Shown: one piece after another, positions 56,353-64,000 of the stretch
How the letters are laid out: the number at the start of each line of letters is the position of its first letter
Numbering within the stretch: position 1 is the stretch's first letter
Source of the DNA: Candidatus Peregrinibacteria bacterium
GTDB taxonomy: Bacteria > Patescibacteriota > Gracilibacteria > UBA1369
Length of the DNA: 64,000 nucleotides
NCBI GenBank assembly: GCA_963708185.1
Contig: OY970195.1
Location: forward strand, 128,001 to 192,000
Direction of reading: 5' to 3'
Translations under genes and position numbers: made by a program
Notes under the pieces: generated by a model
The model's database searches: none
What the model saw: only the letters and a program-made list of their open reading frames with translations
What the model was told of the DNA's origin: nothing

Positions 56353-57797
56353 CTATTCCTGGTATCCTTTGAATAAAACACCGACGGTCTTGAAGAGAAT
56401 GACGATATCAAGCCATGGGGACCAGTGTTCGATATAGTAGGTGTCGAGACGCACCTCTTCTTCGAAGTTGAGGTCACTGCGGCCGCTGATCTGGGCCATG
56501 CCGGTGATGCCGGGCTTGATGGCCAGGACAAATTTGTGGTGTTTCTGGTATTTGGCGACCTCTTCGGGCAAATGCGGGCGGGGCCCACGAGGCTCATTTC
56601 GCCTTTGAGTACGTTTATGAGCTGCGGCAGTTCGTCGATACTCGTTTTTCTTAAAAATCTCCCCACCCTCGTCACTCGCGGATCGTCCTTGATTTTGACG
56701 AGCGGGGAACCGTCGCGGGTGTTGTGTTTGGCCAGTTCTGTATAACGGAGGTTATGCGTATTGGGGTACATGGTGCGGAATTTGTAGAAGTTGAAGAGCC
56801 TGCCGTGTTCACCGACCCGCTTGACGCGGCTGCCGTCATCCAGAAACTTGAAAAAAACCGTTCCTTTGGAGTCCAGCTTGATGGCGATGGCGGCGATGAG
56901 CAGCACCGGCGAGAGGATCGTAAGACCAAGCAGCGAACCGACGATATCGAAGATCCTTTTGGTGACTTTTCCCCAGCCGTCGAGCGGCGTCGGTTTGAGT
57001 TTGATCACGGGAATATCGCCCCAGGTCTCGGTGTCGATGTTCGTCTGCTGCATTTCCAGCAGATCAGGAACGAAGTTGAACGCGATGTGATGTTCCCTGC
57101 AAAAGGCCAGGAGGTCGCTGCCTTCGTGATGGCCGAGATTCGCTTTGGTCTGTATGATCTCTTCGACGTGATATTTCCGGAAGAGGTGGTCGAGGTCGTC
57201 CAAGGTCCCGAGATAATGAAAATGTTTTTCGTCCTCTCCTTTTTGGCTGTCGACATAGCCAATGACATGATAACTGATGTCTTTGGCGAATTCAGCGGCG
57301 AGCCGTCTGGTGATGGCGGTGTGTCCGACGAAAAGTACGGGTTTTTTGCCGATGCCGGCCTGGAGCGTCAGGTATTGGATGACGCGGATGAGCAGTCTGC
57401 CCCCGGCGATGAAGACGATAGAAAGGAACCAGGTGTAGATGATGGCCAGACGGGAGAAGGGGAAGGTCCTGATAAGGAAGAAGTAGGCAATGATGGCCAT
57501 GAGCCACATCGACGTGGCGATAATGATCTGTTTGATCTCCCTGCTGATGCGGAAGGTGGCTTTCAGGGAGTACATTCGCCGCAGCGTGAAAATCAACACG
57601 AGGAAAATCGCGGCGATGACGCTGAAACGGACGTATTCATCCAGGGGAGGGAAGGAGCCGACGTCAAAAGGCAGGTTGATCCCCGGAATGAATCCGCTGA
57701 TGGAACGAATGCGATATGCCAGCAGAAAGGCGAGCAGCGTCATCAGAAAATCCGAAGGGATGCGGATGATGCCAAATGCGATTTCGGAGGGTTTCAT
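56353..57797 (-). pseudogene. Priming polyprenyl-phosphate sugar phosphotransferase (WcaJ/WbaP-like); -1 frameshift at the G4 run 56580-56583 (probable sequencing error)
   Basis: TM N-domain, [24 protein letters not shown]; adding one base restores [12 protein letters not shown]...KPGITG.AQISGR. Confidence 0.8.
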
Positions 57798-57830
57798 GCT
57801 TGAAGATCAAAAGCAGAGCTTCATTGTTGA

Positions 57831-58180
57831 TTTTACCAGATCATAAGCCGAGTTCTGTCCCCGAAGGGGTGATCATCTCTCTTGTCCTGCCATTGCTGGC
57901 AGGATCATGCGGCGAGAAGCTTTGGACTGAGGAACGCAGTTTGTCCCAACGCTTCCATCTCACCTTGCACCGGATAGGGTTTGCCTTCGCTCTCCGTCAC
58001 CGGAGGCGACCCTACTGAACATAGGGCGTTTCACCTTTCATGCGTCTCTGTGGCACTTTCCGTCACTGCAGTTTGAAGCTGCAGCGCGCTCCCGTTAGGA
58101 GTTATCCTGTTCCTTGGTGCTCGGACTTTCCTCTCCGGTCCCTCTTTTGAAGGGGGCGGAGCGATCACTCACTGGTAAAA
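57831..58180 (-). ncRNA. rnpB: RNase P RNA (type A-like)
   Basis: GAGGAAAGTCCGAGC, AGTGCCACAGA, GGTGAAAC, GGCAAACC, GTGCAAG, ACAGAACTCGGCTTA; ends pair (ttttaccag/ctggtaaaa). Confidence 0.93.
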
Positions 58181-58267
58181 GCAGGCTTATTGTAGAGCAA
58201 AGCTCTTGGGAAGCAAAGGGAATTTGACTGAATTATAAAATTTTGGTGTAGTCATGCAGTCAGCAAG

Positions 58268-58291
58268 AAAAAACACTCCCGGAGGAGTGTT
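58268..58291 (-). terminator. Intrinsic terminator after the TPR gene
   Basis: aacactcc-N4-ggagtgtt followed by a T-run on the minus strand. Confidence 0.75.
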
Positions 58292-58315
58292 CATTTTACG
58301 GATTGAATTTTCATA

Positions 58316-58927
58316 CTAGCTGTTTCTATGCTTGAGTCTTTTGTACTCTTTCTGGAAGAATCTCACCGCGTTCAAACATTCTCGGGCTTTTTCGTTGTTC
58401 GGTTCAATGTCGAGGAGTTTTTTGAAGAGTACGGCTGAACGTTCGAAGTTTTTGTCGTTCAAGTGACAGATGCCCAGGTCGCTCAAAATGAGAGGATCGT
58501 TTTTGCTTAAATTGAGGGCGCGTTCCAGAATGATGATGCCGCGTTTCTTCTGGCCCTCGTGGAAGATGGACCAGCCGAGGCAGCGCAAGATTTCCGGATG
58601 GTTGGGCTGGATGTCGTCGGATTTTTCAAGATATTCGATGGATTTTTTCCAACTTCCCAACGCTGAATAGACAAACCCGAGGAGGTAGTTACCGTTGGCA
58701 CTGCGAGGATGAAGCTGGAGACCTCTTTGGAGGGCCTTTTTGGCCTTTTCGTACTGGCGCATGCTTAAATAGTTGTCGCCGATCTCTTCGTAGGCTTCAA
58801 TACAGTTCAGATCGTTCGTCAGGATCTTTTCACAGATCTTGATGGCGTCTGAGTGCTGTCCCTGCATTTTTTTACGGTCGGCTTCTTCAAGCAAAAGCTC
58901 GACGTCGTTTTTTTTGGGGTCCTGCAT
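58316..58927 (-). CDS. Tetratricopeptide repeat protein
   Basis: About five TPR units (A...LG..Y...G...A......P). Confidence 0.85.
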   Translation of the reverse strand: MQDPKKNDVELLLEEADRKKMQGQHSDAIKICEKILTNDLNCIEAYEEIGDNYLSMRQYEKAKKALQRGLQLHPRSANGNYLLGFVYSALGSWKKSIEYLEKSDDIQPNHPEILRCLGWSIFHEGQKKRGIIILERALNLSKNDPLILSDLGICHLNDKNFERSAVLFKKLLDIEPNNEKARECLNAVRFFQKEYKRLKHRNS

Positions 58928-59000
58928 TTTGTTTTTGTTTTGGGGCTGTCGGCCGGAATACGTAACTGAACTGAATCAGAAAATTATATCTTTTTTTTGA

Positions 59001-59867
59001 CTACAAATCAAGAGACTTGAGATACTTTCTCAGAGGAGGGCCAAGATCCTTGCGTTTCAGCGCAAAATCGATGCCTGCGGTGAGGAGTCCCAGCTTGGTT
59101 CCTGTGTCGTATCGTTTGCCTTCGACCTCGTAGCCGTAGATTTTTCTTTTTTTCTGGAGCTGCATGAACCCGTCGATGAGACGGATCTCTCCGCTGTGGC
59201 TGGGTTTGGCTTTTTCCAGGGCTTCCAGGACGTCCGGGGTGACAACATATTTGCCGATGATGGCGAGGTCCGAAGGTGCCTGCGATGGTTTGGGTTTTTC
59301 GATGAGCCGGTCGACTTCATGAAGTCTTCCTTTGGACCATTTTGCTTTGATCATGCCGTAATTTTCGCTTTCTTTTTTATCGATGCGCTGGAGAGCCATG
59401 ACGCTTGAACCGGTTTTTTCGTAGACGTTCATGAGTTGTTTGATGGCCGGGATTTTGAAATCCACGATGTCATCTCCGAAAAGCACGACGAACGGTTCGT
59501 TGCCCACCACCTCTTTGGCGCACAGGATGGCGTGACCGTCACCCAAAGGCATGGGCTGGCGCACGTAGACGAAGTTGGCCAGGTTGGCGATGTCGCGGAC
59601 TTCTTTTAATAAGGAGTGCTTTCCTTTTTCGACGAGGGTGTGTTCGAGTTCGAAGGAATAATCGAAATGGTCTTCGATGGAACGTTTGCCGCGACCGGTG
59701 ACGATGATGATTTCTTCAATGCCGGCGGCGACCGCTTCTTCCACCAAGTATTGGATGACAGGTTTGTCCACGATGGGGAGCATTTCTTTAGGCTGGGATT
59801 TGGTTACGGGAAGAAAACGCGTTCCAAAGCCGGCGGCCGGAAAAACAGCTTTTCGAATTTTTTGCAT
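59001..59867 (-). CDS. galU: UTP--glucose-1-phosphate uridylyltransferase
   Basis: KAVFPAAGFGTRFLPVTK..PKEMLPIVDKP, LGDGHA, EKP. Confidence 0.95.
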   Translation of the reverse strand: MQKIRKAVFPAAGFGTRFLPVTKSQPKEMLPIVDKPVIQYLVEEAVAAGIEEIIIVTGRGKRSIEDHFDYSFELEHTLVEKGKHSLLKEVRDIANLANFVYVRQPMPLGDGHAILCAKEVVGNEPFVVLFGDDIVDFKIPAIKQLMNVYEKTGSSVMALQRIDKKESENYGMIKAKWSKGRLHEVDRLIEKPKPSQAPSDLAIIGKYVVTPDVLEALEKAKPSHSGEIRLIDGFMQLQKKRKIYGYEVEGKRYDTGTKLGLLTAGIDFALKRKDLGPPLRKYLKSLDL

Positions 59868-59883
59868 AAAAATTAATCTAAGA

Positions 59884-60285
59884 TTATTCCGATTTGATGC
59901 GTATCAAACGAGTTTTGGTTCGTTCGGTGCGGGGTATGGAAATTTTGAGGACGGCGTCTTTCATGCTGGCGTTGATTTTACTGGTATCCGCGGAAGAGGG
60001 AAGGACGATGGACCGGGAAAAATCTCCCCAGAAACATTCCTGGGTGAGGTAGTCTTCGTCAGGGATGTTGAATTCGAGATAGCGTTTTCCTTTGATCGTC
60101 AGGACGTCCTCGGTCACGGTCACGCTGATGTCGTTCATTTTGACGCCGGCAATCGGGGCCACGATGACGATCTCGTTGGACGTCTGGTAAACGTCCAGTG
60201 CCAGCTGTCCTTCAATGTCTTCATCTTCTTCCACCGGGTCGACCTTGCGGATGGGCTGTTTTTGGAGAGGCATTTTTGACGCCAT
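59884..60285 (-). CDS. Small heat shock protein (Hsp20)
   Basis: LDVYQT, LTIKG.R, WGDFSRSIVLP, A.MKDAVLKISIP. Confidence 0.9.
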   Translation of the reverse strand: MASKMPLQKQPIRKVDPVEEDEDIEGQLALDVYQTSNEIVIVAPIAGVKMNDISVTVTEDVLTIKGKRYLEFNIPDEDYLTQECFWGDFSRSIVLPSSADTSKINASMKDAVLKISIPRTERTKTRLIRIKSE

Positions 60286-60303
60286 GGGTGTATGGATAAG
60301 TGT

Positions 60304-62301
60304 TTATTTTTTTGAGGAATCTTTTTTGGACTGATCCACTTTTGGCGGATCGGTCGCATCTTCATGCTGGGTTTGTTCGTTCTGTTCACCATGGGTTCCC
60401 TGACCCTGTTCGTTCAGTTCCTGCATCTTGCGGCGTTTTTTTTCGATGTCCTTCTCTTCTTTTTTGCCGAAGAACTTGAGGAATTCCTTGCGGTTGATGG
60501 TTTCCTTTTTCAGGAGTACGGTTGCGATCTCCTCCATTTTTTCTTTATGGGTCGAGATGATCTGGCGGGTCCTGTCTTCCGCTTTTTTGAGGATTTTTTT
60601 GACCTCAGTATCGATTTGGGCCGCGATTTCTTCGGAATAGTTGCGGATATGTCCGAAGTCCCTGCCGAGGAAAATCTCGTTGTTCTGTTCACCGAAAATG
60701 ACCGGTCCGAGGGAGCTCATACCGTAACGGGTCACCATGTTGCGGGCGATGTTGGTGGCTTTTTCCAGGTCGTTGGAAGCGCCCGTGCTCATTTCACCGA
60801 AGAAAGTGATTTCGGAAACATAGCCTCCGAGGAGTGAACAAAGTTCGTCTTCGAATTTGCTTTTGGCTTTAAGATGTTTGTCTTCTTCGGGGAGGAACCA
60901 GGTCACGCCGAGGGCCATGCCACGGGAGACGATGGAGACTTTATGGACAGGATCGCAGTTTGGCAGGAGCTGGGCGACGAGAGCGTGGCCGATTTCGTGG
61001 TAGGCAGTGATCTTCTTTTCTTCCTTGGTGAGAACACGCGATTTCCGTTCAGGGCCCATGATGACCTTTTCGATGGACTCTTCGAGTTCGGACATCTCAA
61101 TCTGTTTTTTGTTGCGGCGGGCCGTCAGGATGGCGGCTTCGTTCATGAGGTTTTCCAGGTCTGCTCCGGCAAAGCCAGGGGTCTGCTGGGCAATTTTTCC
61201 GAGGTCGACGTTCTTGGCGAGAGGTTTATTGCGGGAATGGACTTTGAGGATGGCTTCGCGGTCGGCGACGTCGGGAATGTCCACCACCACTCGGCGATCG
61301 AAGCGTCCGGGACGGAGCAATGCCGGGTCGAGAACGTCGGGACGGTTGGTGGCCGCCATGACGATGACATTGGTATCTTTTTCGAATCCGTCCATCTCGG
61401 TAAGGATCTGGTTGAGGGTCTGTTCACGTTCGTCGTGTCCACCTCCCAGGCCCGCGCCGCGCTGTCGTCCAACGGCGTCGATTTCATCGATGAAGACGAT
61501 GCAGGGTGCATTGCGCTTAGCCTTGCGGAACAGGTCGCGGACGCGGCTTGCGCCAACACCCACGAACATTTCCACGAATTCGGAACCCGATATATTAAAG
61601 AAGGGGACGTTTGCTTCTCCTGCAACGGCGCGCGCCAGCAAGGTTTTTCCTGTTCCCGGTGCGCCGACGAGCAGTACGCCCTTGGGAATCTTGGCGCCCA
61701 TGTTGGTGTATTTGCTGGGATTTTTCAGGAAGTCGACGATTTCAACAAGTTCTTCTTTGGCTTCCTTGGCTCCGGCGACGTCGGCGAAGGTGGTTTTCTG
61801 TTTTTCTTTGTCGTAAAGGCGCGCGCGGCTCTTGCCGAAGGACATAGCCTGATTGTTGCTGTTCTGGGCCTGGCGCATCATGAAAGCGAAGAAGCCGATG
61901 ATGAGGAGGGTCGGGAGCAAATAACCGATGAGGTTGAGCCAGAAGTCCGTGCCGTCGGCGGGCTGGATGTCGATAACGATGTCTTTTTTGATCTGGTCCG
62001 GAACGTCCTTCAGGAGATCATCGACGGTTTCTCCGCTCTCTTTATAGGTATATTCCTGGCTGTTATCGATTCTGGCGATGTTGAGTTTGTCGCCTTCAAC
62101 GGCGATTTTGGCGATTTCACCCGATTTCGCCTGCTCGACAAACTGGTCGAGCGTGATTTTTTTAACATTGCTGCTGCCCGGATTGAAAATAATGTACGCT
62201 GCGGCAATGAGCAGTGCGATAATAACCAGGTAAATGAAACTGTTGCCCGGTCTGCGATTCGGCATTTTAAATCTTGGAGGCGTGTCGTCCATATTGGCCA
62301 T
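60304..62301 (-). CDS. ftsH: ATP-dependent zinc metalloprotease FtsH
   Basis: Two TM helices, [26 protein letters not shown]. Confidence 0.97.
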   Translation of the reverse strand: MANMDDTPPRFKMPNRRPGNSFIYLVIIALLIAAAYIIFNPGSSNVKKITLDQFVEQAKSGEIAKIAVEGDKLNIARIDNSQEYTYKESGETVDDLLKDVPDQIKKDIVIDIQPADGTDFWLNLIGYLLPTLLIIGFFAFMMRQAQNSNNQAMSFGKSRARLYDKEKQKTTFADVAGAKEAKEELVEIVDFLKNPSKYTNMGAKIPKGVLLVGAPGTGKTLLARAVAGEANVPFFNISGSEFVEMFVGVGASRVRDLFRKAKRNAPCIVFIDEIDAVGRQRGAGLGGGHDEREQTLNQILTEMDGFEKDTNVIVMAATNRPDVLDPALLRPGRFDRRVVVDIPDVADREAILKVHSRNKPLAKNVDLGKIAQQTPGFAGADLENLMNEAAILTARRNKKQIEMSELEESIEKVIMGPERKSRVLTKEEKKITAYHEIGHALVAQLLPNCDPVHKVSIVSRGMALGVTWFLPEEDKHLKAKSKFEDELCSLLGGYVSEITFFGEMSTGASNDLEKATNIARNMVTRYGMSSLGPVIFGEQNNEIFLGRDFGHIRNYSEEIAAQIDTEVKKILKKAEDRTRQIISTHKEKMEEIATVLLKKETINRKEFLKFFGKKEEKDIEKKRRKMQELNEQGQGTHGEQNEQTQHEDATDPPKVDQSKKDSSKK

Positions 62302-62343
62302 ATTGGAGAAATAGATTCCTAAAACAAAGTGGTTCCATTTTAC

Positions 62344-63348
62344 CTATTTTTGGATACTGAGTCTAATGTATCTCTTTTTTGTCGTTTTTCCGCGCGGTTC
62401 CCAGCTTACCTCTAAAAATGTTCGAGGTCCAAACTCTTTTTTTTTGCCGGCCTGCCGCTGTCCGAGGACGTTAAGAATTTCTTCGAGATGTTTGTTGGCG
62501 AGCTTTTTGGTCGAGCCGTGAAATTTTTTGTAAAGGTGTGCCAAAAGGTGTTTCTGGAACGCGGAATGTTCTTTCAGGAATGTGTCGAGTTCAATCCCGT
62601 TTTTTTTTTCGTTTTTGAGGAGCCAGTGTTCGCACTGTTGTTCGAGATAGTTGCTGGTCTGGGCAAAATTTTTCAGGGTGTCCCTGAAGGTTTGTTCAAA
62701 ATTGGGATTGATTTTCGGAAAGAGCGGAATGATTTTTTTCCTCAGCCAGTTGCGGGAAAATTCAGGATTTTCGTTCGAAGCGTCGAGGCGATAACGTGTG
62801 CGGTGTTTTTTGAGATTTTCGAGGATTTCTTTTTTGGTGATGCCGAGGAGCGGCCGTAAAATGTGACGTTTCCGATTTGCGGTTTCCATGCCTTTGATGC
62901 CGTTGAAATGAGCTCCGCGAATGAGGTTGAAAAGCATGGTCTCAATGTTGTCGTTAAGATGATGGGCCGTGACGATCCATCGCGCTTCGGAGTTTTTTCT
63001 CAGTTTTTCAAAAAAAAGATAGCGCGCTTCCCGTGCAGCTTCTTCCAGATTTTTTTTCGTTTTCAGAACGCCTTTTTTGATCCGTTTTACCTTGAAGGGT
63101 ATGCGGTGTTTTTTGCAGAATAAAGCCACGAATCTTTCATCGCCGTCGCTGTCTTTGCCGCGCAGGCCATGATTGACATGAGCGACGATTATACGGAAGG
63201 GGACGCGTTTTTGCAGATCAAGACATCGCTCCAAAAGGTACATCGAATCAGGGCCGCCCGAAACGCCGACAATGATCGTATCTTCAGGCCCGACGTTTTT
63301 TTCCATGCTTGCGCTGAAGTCGTCCATGGATTTTTTTTGTCCTTTCAT
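62344..63348 (-). CDS. tilS: tRNA(Ile)-lysidine synthase (short form)
   Basis: VSGGPDS, HVNHGLR, AREARY, TAHHLND, RPLL, D.SN...RN. Confidence 0.93.
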   Translation of the reverse strand: MKGQKKSMDDFSASMEKNVGPEDTIIVGVSGGPDSMYLLERCLDLQKRVPFRIIVAHVNHGLRGKDSDGDERFVALFCKKHRIPFKVKRIKKGVLKTKKNLEEAAREARYLFFEKLRKNSEARWIVTAHHLNDNIETMLFNLIRGAHFNGIKGMETANRKRHILRPLLGITKKEILENLKKHRTRYRLDASNENPEFSRNWLRKKIIPLFPKINPNFEQTFRDTLKNFAQTSNYLEQQCEHWLLKNEKKNGIELDTFLKEHSAFQKHLLAHLYKKFHGSTKKLANKHLEEILNVLGQRQAGKKKEFGPRTFLEVSWEPRGKTTKKRYIRLSIQK

Positions 63349-63682
63349 TGTGGTTTTTAATGAGTCGAGTAATCAGGAAAAGGTCGTCGTCGTCCGCCAT
63401 CTTGTTCCACATCATTTTTCCGCATTTTTTGCATCGGTGGAGGATTTTGAAACCTTTTTTGGCGGTCTGTTCGATGTCGACGGGTTCCATGAGCCCTAAA
63501 CAGTCGCTGAGGCGGTCTCCGGGGGTGTGTTCGTCGACGTGGAGCGAAGAGAGGCAATTTCTGCAGTGGTTGCGGCACCCTTTTGCGGCTGGAGGATTCG
63601 CTTCACCGCACTTTTTGCAGACAAACGGTTCGTTGCGGTGAATGGGGTTCTTTTTCGTGGGCTTGATGGTTTGAGTTCTCAC
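63284..63682 (-). CDS. RNHCP-domain Zn-binding protein
   Basis: F.CKKCG, RNHCRNCL.SLHVD..PGDR..C.G.M.P, HRCKKCG. Confidence 0.8.
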   Translation of the reverse strand: MRTQTIKPTKKNPIHRNEPFVCKKCGEANPPAAKGCRNHCRNCLSSLHVDEHTPGDRLSDCLGLMEPVDIEQTAKKGFKILHRCKKCGKMMWNKMADDDDLFLITRLIKNHNERTKKIHGRLQRKHGKKRRA

Positions 63683-63729
63683 TTGTTTTATGGTATAATA
63701 ATCAGATAAATCTTTTAAAACACAAACCT

Positions 63730-64000
63730 ATGGAAATCAAAAAGTCGGTCTCAAGTATGGTTGAGACCCAAAAAAATCGTCCGGTTCTCTTTATTTTTTC
63801 CATTATCTTACTGGTAGGTCTCGTGGCTTTCGCATTGTATCTTTCTTTTGCCAAGTCGGCAATCCAGGAGCAGCAGAAGCAACTTGATGCTGATATCACT
63901 TCGCTCAACAGTCAGATCCAGCAGCTCCAGTCGCAAAATGTGGAGGGGCAGCAGTACGCGCAGGAATGGCTCGCCCAGCTTGATAAAACCGAGGTCCGCT
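63730..64000 (+). CDS. PilN-like type IV pilus assembly protein, 5' part only
   Basis: MEIKKS..., one TM helix (LFIFSIILLVGLVAFALYL), then a Q-rich coiled coil; open to the window end; GGTATAAT upstream. Confidence 0.5.
   Translation, partial: MEIKKSVSSMVETQKNRPVLFIFSIILLVGLVAFALYLSFAKSAIQEQQKQLDADITSLNSQIQQLQSQNVEGQQYAQEWLAQLDKTEVR

Noticed and set aside
56580-56583. Phase variation of the priming glycosyltransferase
   Set aside because: The run is only 4-5 G and lies in the conserved GPRP motif; with three single-base indels in the window, sequencing error is more likely
60874-62322. Long antisense ORFs over ftsH (similar ones over nrdJ, speA, secA and the sugar transferase)
   Set aside because: They fully overlap well-supported genes and have no recognisable motifs

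Overview
This is a gene-dense window from a small-genome bacterium using genetic code 11 (TGA acts as a stop). Gene content points to Patescibacteria/CPR, most likely Peregrinibacteria-like: SLH proteins, a TrmB regulator, AMP phosphorylase plus ribose-1,5-bisphosphate isomerase, class II RNR, a GT4-GH57-ROK-GH15 cluster, and few Shine-Dalgarno motifs. The taxonomy is an inference. Core genes include secA, ftsH, tilS, ftsK, gltX, rpmH-rnpA-yidC-jag, rnpB, tRNA-Glu, tRNA-Arg, pta-ackA, galE and galU. The most notable unexplained elements are: (1) a promoter-led triplet of paralogous Cys-rich lipoprotein-like genes at 49498-52187, with myxobacterial-style low-complexity stalks and a shared unrecognised 4-Cys C-terminal domain; (2) an arginine-to-putrescine (speA, aguA, aguB) plus glutamine synthetase cluster with a TrmB regulator and two TGTNG-N7-CNACA palindromes; (3) a 48-bp in-frame hairpin insertion in a MutY-Nudix fusion gene; (4) a 754-aa helical repeat protein; (5) a surface-protein trio containing a tail-fibre-like secreted protein. 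Three genes carry single-base frameshifts that may be sequencing errors. All calls come from reading motifs by eye; no searches were run.
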